Source: Marsupella aquatica
Lineage: Eukaryota; Plantae; Marchantiophyta
Length of the DNA: 64,000 nt
Direction of reading: 5' to 3'
Assembly (NCBI GenBank): GCA_973895155.1
Contig: OZ316894.1
Coordinates: forward strand, 6,286,234 to 6,350,233
The notes below the pieces were generated by a model. It was not told the DNA's origin, ran no database searches, and saw only the letters and a list, made by a program, of their open reading frames with translations. This document shows positions 15,168-26,345 of this stretch, piece after piece. Position 1 is the first letter of the stretch. Each line of letters starts with the position of its first letter. Position numbers and translations under genes: made by a program.

Positions 15168-15353
15168 AGCTTCTTCTTACCTAGATTAGATGAACAGAAG
15201 CAAGCAACAGCAGCAGCTCCTGTCTGTCAAAGGTTTGATGAGAAAGAGAGTTCTCCTTTTCGCTCAGAACAAGCCATAAATATCCCTCCCAAAGTCATTT
15301 CTCATCACAACCAGATCGAGATGACTCCTTCATCAACATTCTGCCACACGAGC

Positions 15354-15409
15354 AGCTTAGCTTAGCTTAGCTCAGCTCAGCTCAGCTCAGCTAAGCTCCA
15401 CTCAGCTCC
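15354..15409. repeat. (AGCTT)n/(AGCTC)n pentanucleotide microsatellite upstream of the FPGS start codon
   Basis: agcttagcttagcttagctcagctcagctcagctcagctaagctc. Confidence 0.85.
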
Positions 15410-16097
15410 AGATTCCTCATCATCGCATCCCATCATCCCATCTCAATAATCCAATCCAGTGTAGAGCAGAGCAGAGCAGTACTACAGAGGACGTCGTTGG
15501 TGTTGAGATTCTCTCCCGGTGCTCTGGTGCTATGGCATATGCGACAGTACGATCTCGTGTCCGTGGACGACGACAACAAATCAAAAATCCATCAATTGTT
15601 GTTTAATAAAAGGAACGAGGACTCCCGATTCCGCACGGATCATCAAAATGTTAAGTTAGGGGGTTCGGAATTCATAAACCGTGACATCACAAGTGATGCA
15701 GCCCGTCACTGGGGCCCTTCCGTTCCCTCCAAATTCCTTTTCGGCACAGAAGTACAGAAATACAGAATTATGAATGCAAATTCCCCAAAAGCAGCTCAAC
15801 TGGGCACCAGAGCACCGTAGCAATACAACAGTAGCGGTACATGGAATGAATACTAAGCGCAGAAAATTATCCTAGTGGCGGAGTGACCAATCAGTTAACT
15901 GGGGATGGCTTCAAAGATAACGAACGGGTCGAACAAGGTTTGTGTGAACCCTAGTAATCGTGGTCGTCGAGTGGCTGTCAGTTGCTGAGCTGCGGTTATT
16001 CTCACTTCTTCTCACATTTGTTCCCTTTCTAGTCCGTTTCTTTGTGTTTTTTTTTTCCAGGAAGGCCCATGAGAAATCTAAGTCCACAACCCAGACC

Positions 16098-16178
16098 GAA
16101 ACCCAACTTTTGGGCAAACATATACCAAGAGGGTTTGAGACCCAACTTTTGGGCAAACATATACGAGAGGGTTTGAGG
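16098..16178. repeat. Tandem duplication, about 39 bp x2
   Basis: 'acccaacttttgggcaaacatatac...gagggtttgag' occurs twice in tandem. Confidence 0.85.
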
Positions 16179-16458
16179 TTTGAGATGAGTTTCAATAAGC
16201 TCCTGTAGGTCAACTGGGCCCCATCACTTTGCAAATAGGTGCCGATGATTCTTGAAGGGCATCGACTATCTTGAAGGGGGCCGAAAAATATCGGAGGGGA
16301 GATTTTTGGCGCGGACGCTGGTGTGTTGACTGCCCAAATTGCTAATGGCCACATTTTGCAGGAACCGCAGATTTAAGGTCTGTGACATGGACTGCAGCAT
16401 TTTGGTCATGGGAAACTTCCAAGAATGAGCTGGTTTGATACATACTGGCTAGTAAATG

Positions 16459-16740
16459 TGTTGAATAAAATGATCATTACTCATGAGAGCATGCACACAT
16501 GCAACATCCACCAAATAGACAAGTAGTTGACACAGAAGATATGTGGTTCACTTCCCCAGAGGCTACATCCATGGGGATACACAAGACAACTTTAATTACG
16601 GAACTCTAAATCTGAATGCCATACTGAGTCTCCACATACTAATCGATGACTTCTTATGTTCCAACTTGCTTTGTAGCAATGAACCTAAGTTTCACTCACT
16701 AACTAAGTCTTGCTAGTGTAAGTAAAAGTTACACCTAAAA
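16459..16740 (-). mobile_element. Degenerate LTR relic related to the copia LTR family at 18.4, 38.8 and 56.3 kb
   Basis: The reverse complement contains ccatggatgtagcctc..gaagtgaaccacatatcttctgtgtcaa, matching the LTR core, and ends in ..ttcaaca. Boundaries uncertain; no clear TSD. Confidence 0.55.
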
Positions 16741-18433
16741 AGTAGCGCATAAAAAAGTAGAGTTTGAACTCTTCCCTACTAGCTTGCCCAAATACATGTA
16801 CTTTGCACAGGAAGGAGTGTTGGGACCCCATCAGTTATGAGTTGCCGGTACCAGGTATCCGTTGCTTGCATATGTTGTTTGCTTATGGAGCATTCCTAGT
16901 CAGTGAGGCAACCAAGATGAGTCAACAAGGAGTTGGAAATAGTCTCAGCAAATTAGGTTAGCCAAGTGGACTTTTTTGCTAAACCGTTTTACTCTTTGAG
17001 ATCACTGAGTGAGAAAGTGAGTCACCTTAAGCAAGTGGAAATGTTCTGGCTTGGTGAGGCTGTTGAGTGAACAATTGACTTAGCAATGGTCACCCAAGGG
17101 GAAATTCCCAACTAATTGACTGACCATTGCTGACTGCCAAAATGATGTTTGAGTTTGGCAAGGCAAATGAGAGGCACTGATGGGGGTTAACAGCATCCAT
17201 AGAATATCAGAATGTTCTGTTAATAACACCCAAATTATGACCTATGGCTTCACTATACTCAGGAGGTCATGAACTATAGGTCTACTCATATCGCAAATTA
17301 TAGTATAGATTATTCACTCAACTAAGTGATCTCAATTGGGTGGATCCCATCACTCATCGTGTATCCCATGGTAAGTTCAGAATGTTATGTACTAGATTCA
17401 AGAATCTACAGGACTATAGAGTAGATGTAGTGCAAGTCTGAGCACAAGGGAGGGTGAAAGACTTTGCCAAATAGCCAAAGAGGATGATGAGAGCTTGGAT
17501 GGGAGGAAGGTTCATTCAATCTGCTTGTGAGCAAACTTAAGAGTTCTATGGTCAGGTCCCTGGTTACTACAGTGCCACTCTCCATGCCTGGACCAAACTC
17601 TGGAAACAATGAGATACCGGCATGACTAGTTGAGGTAGCAATATTCATGCCATGAACGAGAGTGTGTGTCCTTTTGTCTTTTCGAGCTATATAACCACTT
17701 CCATTGGAGATTTTTGCCTTTGCATTTGCTGTATAGTTTACACCGCAGAATCATTGAGACTTGTTATGAGAAAAAAACAAACTAAGAATGAAAATTCTGG
17801 GACTTTATCAGAGTAGTGAGATGAGAACATTCAAAGTCATTCTTCTGTCTGTCAAATCTACCAAATCCAACCGACTGGTCAGCTTGGGACATAGTTGAAT
17901 GTAGAAATGAGATGTTGCTCTATACATAAGAAGGATGGACTTAGTTTGGCAATTGAGTTAGTTTAGTCGTCAATTGTTTTTGGTGTTGTAAAGATTCGGA
18001 TATAGCCATGATCGTTAGATGCCAGCCGGACACTCCCGGTTGGATGGTTAATTTGATCCTTGGCCACTGTGTAGTGGCACTGCCATTACTTACTCATGGC
18101 GTGCTGCCTCAGCATATATGTTGTTGAATTTGATCAATATGTAAAAAGCTATCAGTCATTTCATTTAAACATGCATTAAAGTCCCATGAGTTTGGTTGGA
18201 TCTAAGGAAGAAAACCTTGCTCAAGACATAATAAGGCACTTGTGGTGAAGCCTGGAGTACTCATTTATTATTTTCTACCCATCATGCAAAAGTAAGTATA
18301 TGGTTTGTTTATTGGGTTGAGAAAAAAACTTTTAAATGTTTGTAAAATAACATTAGAGTTTTTTAAATACAATTTTAATTTTCCTATTAATATTTTAAAT
18401 GTATTTAATAACTAAAAAAGTCGAGCTTGTTAT

Positions 18434-18780
18434 TGTTAGGTATTTACTCAAGGTCTAGGGTTATGACATGTAACCTTAGTTAAGCTAACCATAGTCGTAG
18501 ACGTGGTTAGGTTAACTACTTAGGATGCACACTATATATCACACGATGTTTGCTTGGATAAATGAAACTTAGGTTCATTGTTATGGAGTCACTTGAGAGA
18601 TGATGAGAACTTACACTGTGGAGACTTGGTATGGCCGACGGGCTTAGAGTTCAGTAAAACTCTCTTGTGTGTTCCCATGGATGTAGCCTCAAGGAGGTGA
18701 ACCACGTATCTCTTGTGTCAATTAATTGATCATTGGATGCGTCATGTGCTTACCGTTGCGAGTGTCGTCTATGCTCAACA
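18434..18780 (+). mobile_element. Solo LTR (Ty1/copia family)
   Basis: TGTTAG...GTCTATGCTCAACA termini, shared core 'gtagcctca..ggaggtgaaccacgtatctc' with 38783-39126, near-TSD gttat/attat. Confidence 0.8.
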
Positions 18781-19866
18781 ATTATGAGACCCCTTCAGAG
18801 TGAGCTTGTTATGAGACCCCCTTTCGAGTGAGGCCCTGTGGTGGCGAAGGTAATGGGGATGAGACATTGGAAATACCACTGCAGGCAGATTCCTCGGCAT
18901 ATTCACACCTAAGCTTTTGAGAAATGGAGACACATATTCCCTGACCTGTTGTTTTACATGTTCATAAATTTGTCTCTCGTTTCAAAGTATCCTCCCCTTC
19001 CTCACCTCTGCCAGTGAAACACTCTCTCCAATTTAGCATTCCGGCGAATTGAATGACCTTTAAAATGCACACAGGAGCCTTGGATATGACAATCTCAGAG
19101 TCGGCCAGTGAGAGACCGGCTTCCTACAGCACCTCCTGGACGCCATCGCTGGCACGGGTTCAGCGTCTGATACCTACTATGTAGGAGGGTTGATTGTTCA
19201 TTCTCCGGTCCTGAATTAATTGTCTGCACTTTGCAAGCAGCCTGAATGCATCAAGCTAGGCATTTCTGTTGCTGGAGGCAAATTTATATGTGATGTCTTC
19301 CCAGTAGCCTGCACCTAGACGGTTTAGTCTTCAATTGACTTTGGCTGAGTAAATCATTAGACAGTTTACTCTTCCAATAGACTTTGGCTGAGGAAATCAT
19401 TAAATTTTTGAAAGGCACTTAGGGAGAGGAAATCACTATTCGTTTGTGAAAAGGTACGTACTTTGGCAGAGAAAATCATTATTTGTTCGTGAAAGGTAGA
19501 GCAGTTGATACTACAGGACGGGATTGAAAGATAGTTACCATATTATTTTGTCGCAGGCATTCGAACAGTAAGGAATTGCATTCTTTCGGTGTCTTCAATC
19601 AAGGAGCTGGACAACGAGTCAACTTGCTCCGGAAAGTACTGAGCTATAGCCGGGAATACATGGACCTTCAATTCGATCCACCGATTGGACCCATCGAACG
19701 TTCACATACTGCACGACTCAGCATTACTTTGGGACGATATTGGACTGTAGCCGGGATTGGAAGAGTGATTCCACCGATTATACTCATCTATACTTCAACA
19801 AACTGTAGCGGGTAAGCCATGGACAACTTGGATTTCACCAGTTTTACTTATACATAAGACAACACA

Positions 19867-20109
19867 CTGCAGCACGATGCAATTAGAAGGGCATCTGACT
19901 TCTTGCATGTAAAGCCAAGATTTTGGTCGAAGAAGTGGCCGTGAAAATAGTATGTAGCCTGAAATTCACAACTCTGTCTAACTGGCCTGCAGCACGATGC
20001 AATCAGAAGGGCATCTGACTTCTTGCATGTAAAGCCAAGATTTTGGTCGAAGAAGTGGCCGTGAAAATAGTATGTAGCCTGAAATTCACAACTCAGTCTA
20101 ACTGGCCTG
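19867..20109. repeat. Near-perfect tandem duplication, 120 bp x2
   Basis: 'ctgcagcacgatgcaat...cacaactcngtctaactggc' starts at 19867 and at 19987. Confidence 0.92.
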
Positions 20110-20939
20110 GGCCTCACTGGCCCACCACTTTGCTTGTAGTTACAGTCCCGCCGCATGCTGTATTAATTGAGAAGTATTGTACGTTGGTCGTCGATAATTG
20201 TGGCACGGCCAAACTTGAACATGCATGCAGTCCAACAGCCGGAGGAGCCTGAAAACAAAGAAGTGCTTTAATGATCTGATATTGTACGAGAACGATTTGT
20301 CCAACTGCGTCTGATCTTGTTTGACGTGGCCGAACGTCATCGCAACGATGCATAATTATATTGAACTGGTTCTTTCAGCATTAAGGACGAAAAGCAATAT
20401 CGAGGCTCATCAATGATTTTTAGCAATGATTAGCCCATGCGTACGCCCCTGCTACCCGCTATAACCGACGCTTTTATTAGGGTCAATATTATATACAAAT
20501 GGCAGTGGTTATCATTGGGTTAGAGACTCGATGGTAGAGCCTCTGAGTGGGAAGTGATAGGTAGGGGGGGTCATATCCTGGCAAGTCATGATCCTTTTAA
20601 CAATCACCCCACCCAGAAGTGGGGTTCATTCAAACCCTAGTGATACTTAGAAAAATAGTGTCACCATTCGTTACAAACACGGGCAGCGGACAAGGAATGT
20701 GGGCAGTCCGGTAAGGGAGGCTCTTTATGAGCCTCGAGATTGCTTTTCGTGCTGAATCTTTCAGCCAGCTTCAGTGCAGACGAGAGTGCAGATAGAAACT
20801 GATACTTATACCACGCACATGAAGGCCTGCCTTGGATACAGCAAAGCTTCTAGCGGCTAGCTGGAGCGATCGTCCTCCTAGCCAGCTTCAGCGCAGAGAG
20901 AAAGATACTACTTAATTACCACACGTAAGCCTGGGAGTC

Positions 20940-23900
20940 ATGAATATAGCAAAGCTTCTAGTAGCTGGAGCGATCGTCGTGCTTTTCAGCGCCTTCAGTG
21001 CGACTCAAGTGCTGTGCCATGTAAGTCACTCTCGACTCAATTCCTGTAAATCTCTGCTTGCAATTACAGACGACAATCGTTTCGGTTTGAGGCTCGGTTC
21101 CGAAACGCGATGAATGAAAAATTAATCACTGCTGCAACGATACCCCGTACTAGAACAAGAGTTGTCAATCCCGTTCCATTATGAGAACTGTTGCTCGCGC
21201 GACGGCTAAGTTCTTGAGCAAGCTCTACACATGAAAGTACATGAACGTAGTTGAAATCTCACTTCGTTTTTTCTCGGCTGATTTTCTGATATAGCCCGAG
21301 AAGAAAGTCCATAGAACGTTCGTACAACTACTAAACTAAACGCATTCGAACGAAGAACGGAACAGTTAAATCTGGACGGAAAATTAATCTTAGCGATCCA
21401 TCAATGTGGATCGATCTGGGGATCGATCGATAAGATGAGTCTTATGGTCTCTAAACTTCGCTTCAATCAACGCCTGCAGGCCTGCATGGTTGTTTCATGC
21501 GGACTCTACCTGGAGATAATGAATTAGCATGGTACGTTTGAATTTCGATGCGAACTAATCTGATTTGTTTACAGTTTAGTAGCTGTACGAACGTTCTTCT
21601 CTATTACAATATGGAACACTAAACATTACCATCCATGATCTTGGGTGCGGTCCCATTTCTCTTTGCTCCATCTAGCATTCGATGACTGATCACTAACTCG
21701 ATCGATAACACACTTCGAACGCAGGCACGGGATGAGCATCTGACATGGCCGAATCAAGGAGGGGGCATTCTGAATCGTCGGGAGGCTCCGAACGAGGACT
21801 CCAAGATCAGCAGGACGTCAGTGAAAACCTTGTCATTGAATTGGACGGCTCCCACCCACTATGACGTATGTTCCACCCCTTCCATCGACAGCCGAAGGGG
21901 AGCAGTGTACTTTTCAAGCTTGGACGGATACCAATATACGGTGGAGAAGGACACTGGTAAAGTGATTTGGAAGGTGAACCTGACGGAGCTTGCGCCTAAT
22001 ATTCCAGGATTGATCGAGGGAGCCATCGTTATTCCTTATCTAAAGGTGTTAATAAATTCATCGTCTCCTGACCTCGCTAATCTTCTCTCTAGGTCAACAC
22101 CCACCATAGCAGGACCCCTGCTGATAGTTGGGATATACAATCCATGCTATGTGGTGGCTCTGAACAGATCAACTGGAGCTCTGGTTTGGTGGACAAAGTT
22201 GGACTCATATCCGTTTTGCGTTTTCACTCAATCCGGGACTTACTACGAAGGGTGAGTGCCAAGGTTTTGGGTTTACTTTCACCTCCACGTTGTCCGACTG
22301 CAGGATCGACTCCACAATCGATCGATCATGCGTTCTTGATTCATCTCTTGTTTTGCTTCGTGTCTCTTAATTTCTTGCGTAGGTGCACTCGAGATAAGGA
22401 TCATAAATTATCAGGAAACACAATATCTTGGACACGAGCAGACTTCGCACCGATTGCCGTCAGTGACACTAAAATCAAGTGAATCTGTCAAAGTCAGGGT
22501 GTTGATCGAATGCTGCGTTGAATTGTGAAGGGGGTTCTACATTGGCACAAGCTCGGAGGAAGAACAGGATAGGGACCCAACATTCTGCTGCGTATTCCAA
22601 GGTGCGTTCTTCAAGCTCGATGCACAGACAGGCAAGACGCTGTGGAGGACGCCCATGCTTCCCCACAACAACAACCAAACGGGGCTGTACGCTGGATCCG
22701 CCATTTGGGGGAGCAGCCCCGCGATCGACGTAGAAAGGAGACTAGTATATGTTGCCACAGGCAACACGTACAGCGTCCCTCCATCTGTTCAGGCCTGCGA
22801 AGACGCTCGCCAAAACGCAACCGGGAATGTGACCTTTCCCGACCCCTGCATCGAGGCAGGCGATCACTCGGAGTCCATTGTAGCGATGGACGTCGACACC
22901 GGCAGTATCACCTGGGCCACGCATCTGGGCGGATTCGACGTTTGGACTATTGTCTGCGTGCTTTCGCCGGTCCCGTTGCCCAATTGCCCCACCACTTTGG
23001 GGCCTGATTACGATTTTGGAGAAGCTCCATTTCTCCTCACCATCAAGCAAGATCCTGGCAATGGGTCGTTGCCCAGATCGAGAGACATCGTGGTGGCCGG
23101 GCAAAAGAGTGGGATTGTTCATGCCCTTGATCGACAGACTGGAGCTATTGTATGGCAAACCGTACGTATCGATGACCTCTGTCTCAACAACCGCACGAAT
23201 CTACTATATATATCTACCACATAATCAGGATCGAAAGTACTCTCATACTCTCAGGGCCTCCATTCCAGGGCATTGTGGGGCTATAATGCCCCCCAAATTG
23301 AGGGCTGTAGCCCACGCTTTGAGGGGTTATTATTGCCCATGATAATGCATTGGTAATAGCCTGAAACTGTTAATGCACTCACTGAAAGGCCTCTCACTAG
23401 TATTGTACTGGTTTCTATTCTTTCTCCTTTTCTTTACACTTGAACAGAAACCTAAATTTCATTGAAAGTTCAGATTTCATTTTCTTTGCCAAGTGACAAG
23501 ACAGTAGAGAACAGATCCCAAAATGCTGCACCCGGTAGACATGAAAATCTTAGGATGGCTCGCCTCTGGGGGGAAGGGGGCATTTGGTAGAATTAAGTCC
23601 TACGTTCTTTGAGGATTTATTGATTGGAGAGTGGTTTGGTTGCATTGCAGCAAGCAGGGCCCGGGGGCTTGGGGGGAGGACCATCGTGGGGCATGACTAC
23701 AGACGGCGAGAGGGTGTTTACGAATATCCTCAACACCAACAGAAGAAATTTCACCTTGGTCCCATCATCCAAAGTCATCACTTGGGGAGGCTGGGTGGGC
23801 ATGAATGCCAGCACAGGGAAAGTTCTCTGGTCCACTGCGAACCCAGAGCCTTTTCCTGTTCACTCGCCGGTATGCTATCTTGATATTGAACCCAATGATC

Positions 23901-25696
23901 TCCCTCGTCCCTTTATTGGGCTCTTTGTATTATATATCAAACTGCAAAATAACAAACGTCGCCCAACTGGAAGCTAGGATCCCAGAGACAAAATACCCAC
24001 ATGAATCTTTGTCCCCTTGAGACCTTGTTTCTTGGTTCAGTGCTTGTTATGTTAGGCAATTTTATATTAATGAGGAAGAGCAGAAATTCGAAAAGAAAAA
24101 GAAGCAGAACCTCTTACGGACTGAATTTGACCCACTTGAAAAAACTTTCTCAAGATAGTCCCATACTGGGAAGCTTAATTATCTGTGTTTTACCACTTAA
24201 GCGGGACAATCAATGTCTAGAGTATCCTTGATTAACCTTATCATAGAATCAGAAATACAATCACAATTTTAGCAATTGACATTGTCATTGGAATTGCAAA
24301 TTGTAGCACATTTTCTTTGAGAATGTTGAAGCAAGTAGAAATGAATGAATATGAAAGGTTTGTAGTTTAAACAAAGATGTATTATCTATTAGTGTGGCTC
24401 CATAAAAATTATTATTATCATAAAATAACGTTACTTGAAGTTTAATCCTATCCAAGGTTATAGCTCCAAAATGAAATGACTTGGGTCATAATTTGAGATG
24501 ACAATTGATTCCAAACATTTAGGCTACAGTCCAATTCCAAAGTGTTTTTTGCATTAATCTATCCCAGCTTTAGAGTTCTATTTGAACAAATACACTAGTC
24601 ACTACCATTAGTCTTATGTCACAAATAGTGTTTCACTCAATTAGTGTTAGTAAGTCTAAATCAAATGAAGAGGTGTTTGGACAAGAAAATAACAATAATT
24701 GTGGATCATTTGTATCCTTAAATAGTATTTGTGGTTTAAAGATTTATGCATCCATTTTGCCCATTATAGAATAGTGGTCTATTAATTTGCTCTGTTCATT
24801 TGTTTGATGAACAAAAATCTTGATTAACTCGTCCATTTTGCAATGGGGATTAACAATATTTTGTTTTTCCATAACCCTGAAATTTAACTTCCTATCACAA
24901 ATGATGCTTTGCAGACACAGTGAATTAATCTTATCTAAACACTTTAATTACTAGTAGCCACATTCTATTTAATGTGCATGTGAGTAGTGTCCCTCCAAAA
25001 TTAACATTGGTATGGCTAAATCTTGAGACATCCAAGTTTTGATCACTCACCCAAATAGAAGTGAAGAGTGTAGCTTCCGATGCTTATAACTTGAAGTGAC
25101 TTCCATACACGCATGGGCACAAATATTTATGTTAGATATAGCTATGATATAAGTAGACGTCAGACAGGCAGAATGGCTTAAATAAGACGCCAATTATGGC
25201 TTATTTCCGGTCTGCCATTTCTGGTCATCATTGGAGTAATTCTGGTACTTATAGTAATTGGTTTGCCATATCATGCACATCATGAGAGTGGATACAATCT
25301 GGCCCTTGATAGTGAGCCTTGTTGGCCAAATCCTTGCCTCTTTTTGTCTTTTCATGTTTCCTTGTACTATAGTAGTGGATTATATCTGTAATTATTCATT
25401 CTGACATCAGAAATTGTGACGTGGTTCGAATGCAGCTTGCTCATGTCAACGGCGTCATCTTTGCTGGTTCGACAGGTAATTCTACTAGCGGCATTCCAAA
25501 TGGCCAAATAGTAGCATTAGATGCAAAAACAGGTGCAGTTTTGTGGGAGTACAAAACCAACGGAAGCACGAGTGCAGGGGTCTCCATAATGGGTGATTGT
25601 ATTTACCAACCTGTGGGTATCGTTCTGTCCTTGTTTGCACCTAGACGAAGTGCAACCATTCATGGCCACTCCACCATATCCTTGTGTGTAGATTGA
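20940..25696 (+). CDS. Secreted PQQ-type beta-propeller quinoprotein (polyvinyl-alcohol dehydrogenase-like); exons 20940-21020, 21725-22251, 22531-23161, 23651-23869, 25436-25696
   Basis: Signal peptide MNIAKLLVAGAIVVLFSAFSATQVLCH, then WPNQGGGILNRR, repeated Trp-docking motifs (ALNRSTGALVW, LDAQTGKTLW, ALDRQTGAIVW, ALDAKTGAVLW), GSAIWGSSPAID..VYVATGN, GPDYDFGEAP and AGQKSG. All four introns are GT-AG and in frame. Confidence 0.92.
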
Positions 25697-26345
25697 TAAG
25701 CTGATTAGCAACACAAGTTGCCTCTTGTTTAGCTGACAGAGCAAGTCAGTCTAGCTACTCATGAATTTTCATGCGGAATCACGGAAACGTTGATTGGAGT
25801 TAGCCATTTAGGTGCTATTCCTTCGGAGGAAAAGAGGGTCTATTGGTTCAATACTCTTGATCATCTTTGCCACTACTGTGCCATTTTGCGCCTGTCTGTT
25901 AAGCTTGTGACGAGACCTTTGCTACATACCAACTGCACTTTGTGAATTGCTCTGCCCTTTCTCTGACGCTATTCAAGAATTATGCTCGATAGAGCAAAAC
26001 AGAAAACGTTCCTTTGAAGTCCATTCCAAGGCTTTGAAACCTTGCCAAGGTTTTGGGTTTACTTTCACATCCACGTGGCATGGGTTGCTTCTTGGTGAAC
26101 TGCAAACATGACACCAATTACAGTCCCGACCTAGTTTAATTGTATCAGCCAATATGGGAGAGAATTCCTCAATTTGATTGTATTGTTAAAACTGACCCAA
26201 TACTAAAGACCTGTGATTAATGTCGAGAGAACTTTATAGGGACTGACTGAGATGTAATGCGAAATCAATTGCTCACATGAAAAACCGAGAAATTTGATAA
26301 GAATCGATACACGAACACAGGGGACAAGACCGGTAACTTACTATT

